From Thermodesulfobacteriota bacterium (GTDB taxonomy: Bacteria > Desulfobacterota_D > UBA1144 > Nemesobacterales > Nemesobacteraceae): a stretch of 64,000 bases of DNA. The stretch's first letter is position 1. Every line of letters begins with the position of its first letter. Of this stretch, positions 48,440 to 56,756 are shown piece by piece. The DNA lies in NCBI GenBank assembly GCA_965116725.1, contig OZ220700.1:881315-945314 (forward strand), read 5' to 3'. The position numbers and the translations under genes are program-made. The notes beneath the pieces are model-generated. The model ran no database searches. It saw nothing but the letters and a program-made list of their open reading frames with translations, and was not told the origin of the DNA.

Positions 48440-50854
48440 TTAGATCGAACGCAATTCGGCCCCTATCGTTTTTTCCAAACTCTTAAGAACATCCTGCTGA
48501 ACCCTGTTAGCATCCTCGTCGGTAAGGGTCCTTTCCCTGTTTCGAAGAATCAAGGAAAGCGCAACACTCTTTTTTCCTTGCTCAAGGGAATCTCCCTTGT
48601 AAACGTCAAACACCCAAGCGTTTTCTATTATACCGGAATCCGCCTTTTTTATAACCGAAAGAATTTCCCGTACCGGAACCGTATCATCGACCACAAGCGC
48701 TATGTCGCGACGAAGAGAGGGGAATTTGGGAAGGGGGGAGAATTTCCTCTCGAAACTCGTATAGACGACCGAGAGAAGTGACAGGTCGAGTTCAAGCACG
48801 TACACGCTTTCGCTTATCTCGAGTTTTTCCAGAAGATGGGGATGAAGCTCCCCTACCATCCCCAGAATGTTTCCGTCAACCAGCACCGCGGAGGATTTTC
48901 CGGGCCAAAGGAATCCATGATCGGGAGAAACGGACTCAAATTCTATCCTTGAATCCACCGAAAGGACCTCCAGGCTCCTTTCAAGCACGCTTTTTATGTC
49001 AAAGAAGTCGAATTTCTCCCCGTCCCATATCTCGGGTGCCCTTTTTCCGGTGGCAATCGCCGCGAATTTCTTCACTTCGTTCGGCAGCTGGTCCATGTCC
49101 TTGGGGTAAAACACCTTGCCGGACTCGAAAAGTCTTACGTCCTGATTCTGCCTTGAGAGGTTAAGTCTCACGTTTTTCACCAAGGAGGGAAGAAGGCTCA
49201 TCCTCATCTCCGAAAGCTCCCGCGATATCGGATTCATAATGCGGATCGACTCCTCAAAGCCGAACGTCCTGAGAAGTTCGGGAGACTCGAAACTGTAGTT
49301 TATAGCCTCAAGAAAGCCGTAGGAGACGAAAATGTCCCTGAGCCTTTTCTCCATTACGGTTATCACGCTGGGTTTTCTGGCTACCATGGGAACCTCCGGC
49401 AGGACGGAGGGAATGTTGTCATAACCCAGAAGACGGGCGACTTCCTCGACTATGTCCACCTCGCGCTCTATATCCACCCTGAAAGTCGGAACCCGAAGCA
49501 AAAGCTCCCCTGCAGAGATGCTCAGAACTTCAAACCCGAGACTCTCGAGAAGTTCCGCTATCTCCTGGGAATCGGTGGATATGCCGACTAGACTGCAGAC
49601 CTTGTCAACCGACATGGATATCTCTCTTGGGCTAACCGGTTCGGGGTACACGTCGATAATCCCCTTGGCAACCGTTCCCCCGGATAAGCGGCTTATAAGC
49701 TCGGCGGCGCGGTCAAGCGCAAACGAAACGTTGTTTATGTCTATGCCTTTTTCAAACCTGCTCGAAGATTCGCTCTTGAGACCGGTTCGCTTGGACGTTT
49801 TCCTTATCCCTACGGGAGAAAAGTAAGCGGCTTCAAGCAGAACATTGCTCGTCGCATCCTCTATTTCGGTGCCGGATCCGCCCATGACTCCGGCAAGCGC
49901 GACGGGATGGTCCCCGCTGCAGATAACCAGATCCTCGGCGAGCAGCTTTCTTTCGACCTCGTCTAGCGTTTCTATCGTTTCCCCGTCACTAGCTTTTCTG
50001 ACGGAGATCTGACCCTTATCAAGCTTGTCGTAATCAAAAGCGTGAAGCGGCTGCCCCTGCTCAAGCAAAACGAAGTTCGTAACGTCAACGACATTGTTAA
50101 CAGAGCGGATTCCGCAGTACTCAAGCCTCTCCTGAAGCCACACGGGAGAAGGACCGATTCTGACTCCTTCAATGAGCCGGCAACAGTATCTGGGGCATGC
50201 CTCTGCGTCCTCAACAACTACGGCGGCCTTTTCCGAAATACTCTCCCCCCGCTCTTTTAAGGAGAAAACCGGTTTCTGAAGGTTCTCACCCAGTATTGCC
50301 GAGACTTCTCTCGCGATCCCGAAAATACTCATGCAGTCAGGACGGTTAGGGGTAATTCCCACCTCGAAGATAACGCCGTCGTAACCGATCTGCTCGTTCA
50401 TGCTGGTTCCAAGCTCGGCCTTGGGTGAAAGAATCATTATCCCGTCTTCGTCGCCCGAGAGGCCCATTTCATCCGCAGAACACAGCATTCCCTCGGAATT
50501 TTCCCCGCGGATCTTGGAGCGTTTTATCTTGAGGCCTTCCGGAAACTTCAAGGTAGGGGGGAGAAGGGTTCCAGCCTTGGCAAAAGCGACCTTGTCCCCT
50601 TTTTTCATGTTGTCCGCACCGCAGACAACCGTGTAGGGAGTTTCTCCGTCCGTAACCTCGCAGACGCTAAGCCTGTCGGCGTTGGGATGCTTCTCGATGC
50701 TGCTTATCTGGGCGACGCAGACATCAGCAAGAGCCTTGCCCTTGTCTTCAAGCGCTTCAAGCTCCAGGCCCGCCATGGTAAGCATTTCTCCCAGTTCTTC
50801 CGGAGAAACGTCGATTTTGAGGTAGTCGGTAAGCCATCCAAGAGGAAAAATCAT
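48440..50854 (-). CDS. pheT: phenylalanine--tRNA ligase beta subunit
   Basis: 804 aa. MIFPLGWLTDYL, a tRNA-binding OB domain (HPNADRLSVCEV), then B3/4, B5 and FDX-ACB domains. Confidence 0.95.
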   Translation of the reverse strand: MIFPLGWLTDYLKIDVSPEELGEMLTMAGLELEALEDKGKALADVCVAQISSIEKHPNADRLSVCEVTDGETPYTVVCGADNMKKGDKVAFAKAGTLLPPTLKFPEGLKIKRSKIRGENSEGMLCSADEMGLSGDEDGIMILSPKAELGTSMNEQIGYDGVIFEVGITPNRPDCMSIFGIAREVSAILGENLQKPVFSLKERGESISEKAAVVVEDAEACPRYCCRLIEGVRIGPSPVWLQERLEYCGIRSVNNVVDVTNFVLLEQGQPLHAFDYDKLDKGQISVRKASDGETIETLDEVERKLLAEDLVICSGDHPVALAGVMGGSGTEIEDATSNVLLEAAYFSPVGIRKTSKRTGLKSESSSRFEKGIDINNVSFALDRAAELISRLSGGTVAKGIIDVYPEPVSPREISMSVDKVCSLVGISTDSQEIAELLESLGFEVLSISAGELLLRVPTFRVDIEREVDIVEEVARLLGYDNIPSVLPEVPMVARKPSVITVMEKRLRDIFVSYGFLEAINYSFESPELLRTFGFEESIRIMNPISRELSEMRMSLLPSLVKNVRLNLSRQNQDVRLFESGKVFYPKDMDQLPNEVKKFAAIATGKRAPEIWDGEKFDFFDIKSVLERSLEVLSVDSRIEFESVSPDHGFLWPGKSSAVLVDGNILGMVGELHPHLLEKLEISESVYVLELDLSLLSVVYTSFERKFSPLPKFPSLRRDIALVVDDTVPVREILSVIKKADSGIIENAWVFDVYKGDSLEQGKKSVALSLILRNRERTLTDEDANRVQQDVLKSLEKTIGAELRSI

Positions 50855-51286
50855 AAATTCACCCGGCGAGTTAGATTACACGGTATAAAAAACTGGTCAA
50901 CAGTTAACCTGCTGAAAACAAAAGATTATTTAAGAAATTAAAAATGACCCCCAAACAATCATGACCAAACCAGGGGGGCCGCGCAACAGGCCCCGCAAAC
51001 AGGCGAACATTTTAACCAACTGAAGAGAAAAAACGCGGTTCCCGAGACGGGCAAAGAAACGCGCCCGCGCGTAAAATTCTCAGTGAACTTCTTAACTGTT
51101 AACAAATTATTAAAATTTCGTTTGGAGTTTCTTAATTCACTGATATGAAACACTTTTTCTTGTCGATAGATTGTGAATGAAATTCCCCGAACTCCGCGGG
51201 CTGTACTCTAACTCCCTTAAATAATTAAATAATTCTCCAGGTGGGCCGATTCCTTTTACTCATTCCGCCAAGTGCCCTGTGAAATG

Positions 51287-51313
51287 TTTGGAACTTATAG
51301 ACCTAGATTGACA
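51287..51313 (+). repeat. island repeat family, copy a (degenerate), directly upstream of the transposase relic
   Basis: tttggaacttatagacctagattgaca compared with the consensus tttgggaattacatacttgggttgaca. Confidence 0.55.
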
Positions 51314-51338
51314 AGTCTTTAAGGATAAGGAGGTAACA

Positions 51339-51450
51339 ATGCCTAAGACCAAAACTTTCCCTGTACGGACTGCTTGAATACTTCAATATGGAAGAGAAGG
51401 CAATGAAGCACATGAAAGTGATACGGTGGAAAGAAACAAGCACAAAAACT
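51339..51450 (+). pseudogene. frameshifted, truncated 5' relic of an IS1595-family transposase gene
   Basis: ATG..MPKTKTFPVRTA stop. The +1 frame reads KLSLYGLLEYFNMEEKAMKHMKVIRWKE, which parallels KLSIYKFMERFDTEEKAMLHIESVRWPRG of the intact transposase at 58264..59190. Confidence 0.6.
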
Positions 51451-51461
51451 TCCTTAAATGG

Positions 51462-51490
51462 TTGTAATTCTCACAGCGATTTGATTTAAT
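51462..51490 (+). promoter_or_regulatory. candidate promoter of the metzincin-like gene
   Basis: TTGTAA-N17-TTTAAT. The 12-mer ggttgtaattct (51460-51471) is identical to 59506-59517, upstream of the 164-aa ORF. Confidence 0.4.
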
Positions 51491-51590
51491 GCCTTGTGGA
51501 GGGAGCAAGGGCTTCAACCATCCTTGGAACCCAGAGCTTAGTAAGCAGCTCTGGGTTTCGGCGCTCTCCGCATCTAACCTAGTGACTTAT

Positions 51591-52454
51591 ATGATGAAAT
51601 TTGCTGTTCTGCTTCTTGCGCTCTTCCTTCTGTCCTGCGTGGGGTCCGAGGGAGAATCGCCTTCGGAGCATACACTGGACGGAGTTCTGCGCACAGACGC
51701 TCTCGGCAACCCGATTGAAGACGGAGTCACCTATTACGGCTGCCCTCGCGGCGGATGGGTCAAGGATCTCAGAGACTGCCCGAAGGCTCCCTACCTTGAG
51801 ACCTGCAGGCCCGAGGAAATAGAGCAAGTGACGGACGAACAGATAGAGGAATTTCTGCTGTGGTTCAGCCGAGACGTCGTGCGATGGGCTTCGGCTCCGA
51901 CGGTGCGGCTCTCCCGCGACCTCCCGGGCCACGTGCGCAGAGCGATCATGGAGGCAATCTCCAGACTTAACACTGTGCTCCCCGACCCTTACGACATGAG
52001 GATCGGACGGGATGCCACAGATCCCGCAGAGCGCGTTCCCCAGGGGGAGATTCACGTCCACTTCGGATACACTCCCCAGTGGACCTGGCCTGACGGCTCG
52101 TTCATAGACCCCGAGCGTACGGGACTGTTCGGCATCGCGGGATACAACTCGGATGAGGACGGTCTCATTCACTCCCGCATATGGATAGGTGCGAACGCGG
52201 AGCAAAGCCCCTGTCCCGGACGTCAGGACGACGAGCTCCTGCGAAAGGTGGCCCTCCACGAACTTCTCCACGCCCTGGGTTTTCCGGGACACGTGCCTTG
52301 GCCCCGATACGATACCATCATGGACTCGCAGATTAGCTGCAATCTCATGGACTCATTTGAAGAGGCGACCCTGCCCATGCCTCTTGACTGTGCGGCGCTT
52401 CGGAAGATCTATTCGCTTGAAATAGGAACTCCGATTGAAGACATTGCCGACTGA
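51591..52454 (+). CDS. lipoprotein with a metzincin-type zinc-protease motif
   Basis: The start MMKFAVLLLALFLLSCVG carries a lipobox. HELLHALGFPGH equals HExxHxxGxxH. The gene is visibly GC-richer than its flanks. Confidence 0.65.
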   Translation: MMKFAVLLLALFLLSCVGSEGESPSEHTLDGVLRTDALGNPIEDGVTYYGCPRGGWVKDLRDCPKAPYLETCRPEEIEQVTDEQIEEFLLWFSRDVVRWASAPTVRLSRDLPGHVRRAIMEAISRLNTVLPDPYDMRIGRDATDPAERVPQGEIHVHFGYTPQWTWPDGSFIDPERTGLFGIAGYNSDEDGLIHSRIWIGANAEQSPCPGRQDDELLRKVALHELLHALGFPGHVPWPRYDTIMDSQISCNLMDSFEEATLPMPLDCAALRKIYSLEIGTPIEDIAD

Positions 52455-52523
52455 AAAACCCGAGCACAATAGGCCTGGCCGAAAAAAAGATTTGCAATAT
52501 TCCTGAACGTTGTTAAATAACCC

Positions 52524-52551
52524 TTGTTAACTTAAGTATATAGTTCCCAAA
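52524..52551 (-). repeat. island repeat family, copy g (inverted, about 5 mismatches)
   Basis: The reverse complement reads tttgggaactatatacttaagttaacaa. Confidence 0.55.
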
Positions 52552-52553
52552 TG

Positions 52554-52580
52554 TTTGGGAATTACATACTTGGGTTGACA
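52554..52580 (+). repeat. island repeat family, copy b (27 nt, identical to copy d in inverse orientation)
   Basis: tttgggaattacatacttgggttgaca. Confidence 0.9.
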
Positions 52581-52777
52581 AGCATGATTTTGAATAAAGA
52601 TTCGGATCGAGAATCTGGGGAGAGCATATTATGGCAAGCTGTTCCTTTCTCCTGTGTTTGCTCAAAACGCTTGGCTACGTCGGCTAAACATCCTAAAAGC
52701 AAATACACTTGGCCTTCTTCGGAGAGCTTAGAAGAGGTAGAGAACAACAGGTCTCTTACTACGAATTCATGGTCCAT
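52562..52777 (-). CDS. hypothetical 71-aa protein
   Basis: A strong RBS (aaaggaggcccttcaATG on the minus strand) and an operator-bearing promoter upstream. The C-terminus runs into repeat b. Confidence 0.45.
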   Translation of the reverse strand: MDHEFVVRDLLFSTSSKLSEEGQVYLLLGCLADVAKRFEQTQEKGTACHNMLSPDSRSESLFKIMLVNPSM

Positions 52778-52846
52778 TGAAGGGCCTCCTTTAATGGGCT
52801 TTCTCAGGGGGTGGGGCTACACCCCCTGGGATTAATTTTTACTTGT

Positions 52847-52886
52847 AATTACGGACAGTTATACTCGATTATGGACAGACAGTCAA
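52847..52886 (-). promoter_or_regulatory. promoter with two operator-like motifs (drives 52562..52777)
   Basis: The minus strand reads TTGACT-gtctgtccataatcgag-TATAAC-tgtccgtaatt. The -35 is at 52881-52886 and the -10 at 52858-52863. Confidence 0.5.
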
Positions 52887-52898
52887 GAACAACAAACA

Positions 52899-52924
52899 TT
52901 TGGGAATTAATACTTGGGTTGACA
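52899..52924 (+). repeat. island repeat family, copy c (one 1-nt deletion)
   Basis: tttgggaattaatacttgggttgaca. Confidence 0.8.
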
Positions 52925-52982
52925 AACCGCTTGTCTTTCTGTCCACTTCCGCAGACACCTAGGTATACTAGTTCCTTAAATT

Positions 52983-53240
52983 ATGGACAAAATAAAGAAT
53001 TTATTGGAGGGGCTTGAAGTGTTTTGGCACCTCGTAACAATGCCGGTCCTATTGGTTGGGATAGGTGCGCGTATACTCAAACCCGATCTTGAGTGGTGGG
53101 GACTTCCTGCTGATATGCTTCTTTCTTGCTTTTGTTTCTTCTGCTTGTTGTGCGGACTTACACCTTATTTAAAAATGGATATCACGCTCAAGAGGAAAGT
53201 TTTGAGGCAAGGCCTATTGAAAGCAGATAAAGAGCTATAG
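52983..53240 (+). CDS. hypothetical small membrane protein (a GTG start at 53019 with GGAGGGG upstream is possible)
   Basis: 85-aa ORF with two hydrophobic segments (VTMPVLLVGIGARIL; LLSCFCFFCLLCGL). Confidence 0.3.
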   Translation: MDKIKNLLEGLEVFWHLVTMPVLLVGIGARILKPDLEWWGLPADMLLSCFCFFCLLCGLTPYLKMDITLKRKVLRQGLLKADKEL

Positions 53241-53438
53241 TAAAACTTGCAGGCTACGCAATTCTAAGTGCCCACATCTGGCGCAAACAATACCTGCAAG
53301 GCGATGCGCCTTATCTTCGTCTTCTACTTTTAGAGAGAGCACCTCTGTAGTAAAGAATTCAGTGGCGTTACATCTCGGGCACGTCTTCCTGTTCTTTTGC
53401 ACCTGATCTAAAACTGCTTGGAGTTCTTCCTCAGTCAT
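53235..53438 (-). CDS. small zinc-ribbon protein
   Basis: 67 aa with CPRC...CARC pairs. The ATG lies 15 nt downstream of the preceding gene's stop. Confidence 0.45.
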   Translation of the reverse strand: MTEEELQAVLDQVQKNRKTCPRCNATEFFTTEVLSLKVEDEDKAHRLAGIVCARCGHLELRSLQVLL

Positions 53439-53452
53439 GGGCAGAAAACTCC

Positions 53453-54094
53453 CTAATCATGCCTTAGGTAACAAATCTCTTCCTCATAATCAACATCTAT
53501 AGGTACTCCTTGAAACAACACCACGCTGGTAGAGGCGTAGTAGGCATCTTGCCCCCTGCTGTCAATAAAGTGTTCGATATTCCGACACTGAACAATTCCG
53601 GGCATTAAATCGAGTCGCGCACATATAGCAACTCCACCCGAGTGAGGAAGCAGCCCAAACCTGCCTCCGTAATAAGGTGGCTCCGTACCAATCTCACATA
53701 TGCTCCAGAATTCGTACACATCTCTGGCGTATTCATAGTCGGTAATCACCCCTATAAATACGCCGTTGGTATAGTAGCGTTCCAAGCTGTCGGCACACTC
53801 TATATAAGGGTTGCCTGTTGCCTCTTGCAATACTCCTAGCACAGGATCAAGAGCTCGAAATGATGTTATTGAGCCAGGAGGAAGGGGCTCGACATGAGTA
53901 AAGAGAGGGTCGTTGCAGTTTATTTCTTGGGTGTCCTCCTGCTGGTTGAAGTCAGCATATAACTCAGGCTGGAATGATTGAGATGATGTAGAAGAATCAG
54001 CAGGGACCGAAACATTTATGTTTGTTGTGTCTCCGCCTCCGCAACCCGTTGCGAGGAAAACTGTCAATATAAGTGGGATTAATAATCTGGCCAT
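53453..54094 (-). CDS. lipoprotein, unknown function
   Basis: The inner start MARLLIPLILTVFLATGCGG (lipobox) has GGAGG upstream. The stop codon is TAG. Confidence 0.6.
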   Translation of the reverse strand: MARLLIPLILTVFLATGCGGGDTTNINVSVPADSSTSSQSFQPELYADFNQQEDTQEINCNDPLFTHVEPLPPGSITSFRALDPVLGVLQEATGNPYIECADSLERYYTNGVFIGVITDYEYARDVYEFWSICEIGTEPPYYGGRFGLLPHSGGVAICARLDLMPGIVQCRNIEHFIDSRGQDAYYASTSVVLFQGVPIDVDYEEEICYLRHD

Positions 54095-54122
54095 ACCTAA
54101 CCTCCGATTTAGTATGGGCAGT

Positions 54123-54151
54123 ATTCTAATGGATTGTGGACAGAACATCAA
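54123..54151 (-). promoter_or_regulatory. promoter with an operator motif in the spacer (drives 53453..54094)
   Basis: The minus strand reads TTGATG-ttctgtccacaatccat-TAGAAT. Confidence 0.5.
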
Positions 54152-54260
54152 GGAGGAAGGTGGGCGTGATCTCTGTGCCGTCATTATTGGACCACATCAC
54201 GAAAGATAAGCTTATGTTCCTATATGCAGACTCGCGCCCACCTGAAACAAAGGATATCAG

Positions 54261-54273
54261 ATTGTGGACAGAA
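54261..54273 (+). promoter_or_regulatory. second identical operator copy (gATTGTGGACAGAAc)
   Basis: The 15-mer gattgtggacagaac occurs at 54132-54146 and again at 54260-54274. Confidence 0.5.
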
Positions 54274-54295
54274 CCGCAACAAAAAACCCCGCTCT

Positions 54296-54323
54296 TTGAG
54301 TTAACAAAGCAACGGGGTATAAT
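54296..54323 (+). promoter_or_regulatory. candidate promoter of tRNA-like gene 1
   Basis: TTGAGT-N16-TATAAT. The -10 ends 10 nt before the first base of the 9-bp acceptor helix. Confidence 0.45.
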
Positions 54324-54333
54324 TTGATTTCAC

Positions 54334-54426
54334 GGAGAGTGTCCGCTAGCAAGTGCTAAAAGCCAGCTTAGACCTGGCTGGGGTGCTTTGACCAAGCACC
54401 GGGGGCAGTACCCACACTCTCCGCCA
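54334..54426 (+). tRNA. non-canonical tRNA-like gene: 9-bp acceptor / 3-bp T stem, long variable arm, anticodon UAG, discriminator G, encoded CCA
   Basis: Folded by hand. GGAGAGTGT (54334-42) pairs with ACACTCTCC (54414-22). D-like hairpin TAGC-AAGT-GCTA. Anticodon arm AGCCAG-CTTAGAC-CTGGCT. Variable arm GGTGCTT-TGACC-AAGCACC. GGG-GGCAGTA-CCC. Then G and CCA. Confidence 0.55.
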
Positions 54427-54499
54427 AACCGGACGTCAAGAGAAGTGTATGCTATACAGATAATTCAGTCAAGAACTTTCTGTCCGTAATCGCGATTAG

Positions 54500-54694
54500 T
54501 CAACTTGTAAGCGGCCGCAGGTATACCCAGTAGACCTTTTCTCCGCAATGGGGGCATACCGGGAGTTTCTCGCCACGTATAAACTTCCTTTCGGTTAGAC
54601 ACCTGCACGATGTCCTGTAAATGCCCCCCGGAAAAGCCCTGCGCCCGGTATAATTGCCCAGACCGAGCTTTCGGGATCTTCTCTTCTTGTTCAT
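54500..54694 (-). CDS. small basic zinc-ribbon protein (weak RBS)
   Basis: 64 aa. SCRC...CPHC. Lys/Arg-rich N-terminus. Confidence 0.35.
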   Translation of the reverse strand: MNKKRRSRKLGLGNYTGRRAFPGGIYRTSCRCLTERKFIRGEKLPVCPHCGEKVYWVYLRPLTS

Positions 54695-54868
54695 TTCTCT
54701 ATTTTAAGGCGGGCGCAAACCTCCTTATCTTGTATTCGGAAGGAGCCAAGACGATGACCAGGTATTGACCCGGCCGGACGTGCGCCCGCACATAAAAAGG
54801 AAAGCGGCATCTTGTCCACCATGAGGAAAGTGGTTTATGTCGCAGACTACCGCTTCCCATTATTCTAA

Positions 54869-56158
54869 TTATGGTGAAGTCACAAAATACCCCACCAGTC
54901 CGTTCTCCCCGTCTGAAGATCCGAAGGTGCCGTTAGCGCTGGTCGGATAGGAGGCATCTTCGAAGAACCTTAATCCATAGAACGCTACTTTTCCTCCGCC
55001 TTTCCACTCCCCGTCAACTATGCTTCCGGCCCCTCCGGCGTGCGTCGCTCCCAGGGGATCCGCGAACTCTGAGATAGGGGATTGGAACTGCACTTCCGTG
55101 GGCAAGCTGACATCTGCCTTGAAGTTATACGCCCGCACGCTGACAGTTCCCTCGGCGAAGTTGATGGTAGTGGTTACGTCAGCGGTGAAGGTTCCCGTCT
55201 TCGGGTCGGAAGACCTGTCAGTGAAGTAATGCCCGCTTGCTGTTCCCGTGTAGGTAACGGTTCCTTTGGGGTGTACCTCGGGTAACCCGTAGGGATATCC
55301 ACCCGCGGCATAGACACCAAAGTCGTAATCCATTGAAGCGGGGTCCTCGGGGATATAGAACCAACTGCCAGCGACAAGATAGTCGATTGCCGGCTGGTAC
55401 TCGTGTGGGGCTACAGTGGTGGCGGACGGCAGTGTCACTTCGGGGAGGCTTGAATCGTCCGGAGTGAACACCACCGCGCCAATTCCTGGGTGATACCCTT
55501 TTGCTTCAGTGTTGCGGTTGAATTCAAGATAGCAGAACGTGGCACACCTGAAGCTTCCCCGTACGCCATCCAGTGCTCCCGCCAGGGAAACATTGATAAA
55601 GAATATCTGCCAGTCGCGCCCCGGGGGGAGCTCAGGGAACTCGTCTATTTCAATTAGTCGGCTGAAAGGAGCATAGTTTACCCACGGCTGCCGTACCGGA
55701 TGGGCAGGAGTCACATTGCTGGTGACGCTGACCCTCCATTTACCGGCTCCGGGAAAAAGCCTCTCCGCTTCAAATGCCCTCCACCCTTCTCCAAACGCGT
55801 GCTCCGTTTCCTGGAAGGTGGTATCCGGAGTTTCCGAACGGATCATAAGACGCCCCCTCCATTGGGTAGGAGCGAAATAATTGGACTCCTGGTCGAACAT
55901 CGAGAGATTGAAGCCAAGCCCTTCTTCATCAAACCATGGCAGTACGATTGAATAACGAGGGCCAGAGACCGTTTGCGATACGTTCTTGTAAGGAGTGATG
56001 TCGGGACCGATAGTGGAGAAGGATGGCTCATGGTCGATTGCCATGTACATCAGGTCGGCCATGCTTATGGTTTTTGAATCATCCTTTGAATCATCCGACG
56101 AACTGCCGCATCCAAGCAGCGCAAGCGCAAGAAACAGGGGAAGCAAGGTTTTAGTCAT
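54869..56158 (-). CDS. surface-lipoprotein-like protein with a TbpB/fHbp-type C-terminal beta-barrel
   Basis: Lipobox LALALLGCGSSS. The C-terminal pattern YTGTASGHYF...GTFTADVTTTINFAEGTVS...GEWKGGGKVAFYG...ANGTFG...GLVGYF is the usual 8-strand barrel of TbpB-like lipoproteins. Confidence 0.55.
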   Translation of the reverse strand: MTKTLLPLFLALALLGCGSSSDDSKDDSKTISMADLMYMAIDHEPSFSTIGPDITPYKNVSQTVSGPRYSIVLPWFDEEGLGFNLSMFDQESNYFAPTQWRGRLMIRSETPDTTFQETEHAFGEGWRAFEAERLFPGAGKWRVSVTSNVTPAHPVRQPWVNYAPFSRLIEIDEFPELPPGRDWQIFFINVSLAGALDGVRGSFRCATFCYLEFNRNTEAKGYHPGIGAVVFTPDDSSLPEVTLPSATTVAPHEYQPAIDYLVAGSWFYIPEDPASMDYDFGVYAAGGYPYGLPEVHPKGTVTYTGTASGHYFTDRSSDPKTGTFTADVTTTINFAEGTVSVRAYNFKADVSLPTEVQFQSPISEFADPLGATHAGGAGSIVDGEWKGGGKVAFYGLRFFEDASYPTSANGTFGSSDGENGLVGYFVTSP

Positions 56159-56186
56159 TATTCTCTCCTTAATCGTGGTAGAAGCG

Positions 56187-56230
56187 ATAATATCACGATT
56201 GTGGACAGAATGTCAAAAGAATGTTATTAT
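56187..56230. promoter_or_regulatory. overlapping divergent promoters sharing one operator motif
   Basis: Leftward: TTGACA (rc of 56211-16), an 18-nt spacer containing ttctgtccacaatc, then TATTAT (rc of 56187-92). Rightward: TGGACA (56202-07)-N17-TATTAT (56225-30). Confidence 0.5.
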
Positions 56231-56237
56231 CACAATC

Positions 56238-56329
56238 GTTGTTTGTCTAACGACCCTGTGCCGGGTCTCCGTGGAATACAAGACCCAACGGGAAATAAAC
56301 GGCACGTCCATTATCGTTAGACAAACAAC
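56238..56329 (+). ncRNA. structured leader/sRNA candidate: 16-bp perfect closing helix with nested helices
   Basis: GTTGTTTGTCTAACGA (56238-53) pairs with TCGTTAGACAAACAAC (56314-29). Inner helices are GTGCCG/CGGCAC and GGTCT/AGACC. Loop CCGT can pair with ACGG (56288-91). Confidence 0.4.
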
Positions 56330-56377
56330 AAGGCCCGGCGCCCTTGGGCGTTCGGACACCATATAAGGAGAAAGACT

Positions 56378-56623
56378 ATGGCTGAAGAGGAAGGAATAGA
56401 ATTTCTAAAAGGAGAGCTAGCTTTAGCGGCTGCGGCCATTAACGTTCTGCTCGACCTTGTTTGCATCTTATCAGAAGGCAAAAGAGTGACTAAAGGAGAC
56501 TTGCGCGAAGACCTAATGATTAGGCTAGGTACCGCTCGACCAGAGGGAATGAAGTCCGAAGAGTATATGAGAGGAATCGGGGCGTTTAAGGCGTTGATAC
56601 TCGACGGACTTTTGGATGAGTAA
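56378..56623 (+). CDS. hypothetical 81-aa protein
   Basis: AAGGAG lies 7 nt upstream of the ATG. The protein looks helical and acidic. No family recognised. Confidence 0.5.
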   Translation: MAEEEGIEFLKGELALAAAAINVLLDLVCILSEGKRVTKGDLREDLMIRLGTARPEGMKSEEYMRGIGAFKALILDGLLDE

Positions 56624-56756
56624 CCTCTGTTCCTTTTTGTTTTTAGCTTTCTTACGCTTTTCAGCTAAAGAATCTGTGACTTCTAGGTTGTCTTTCATGC
56701 TTAATAAGCATACCCTATTGTTTTGCTTTGGTAAAAATAAAAACTTTTAATAAATC

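Noticed and set aside
54709-54789. A third allo-tRNA-like gene, suggested by the 9-bp terminal helix.
   Set aside because: On neither strand could I draw an anticodon arm with a 7-nt loop, a T arm or a CCA/discriminator context.
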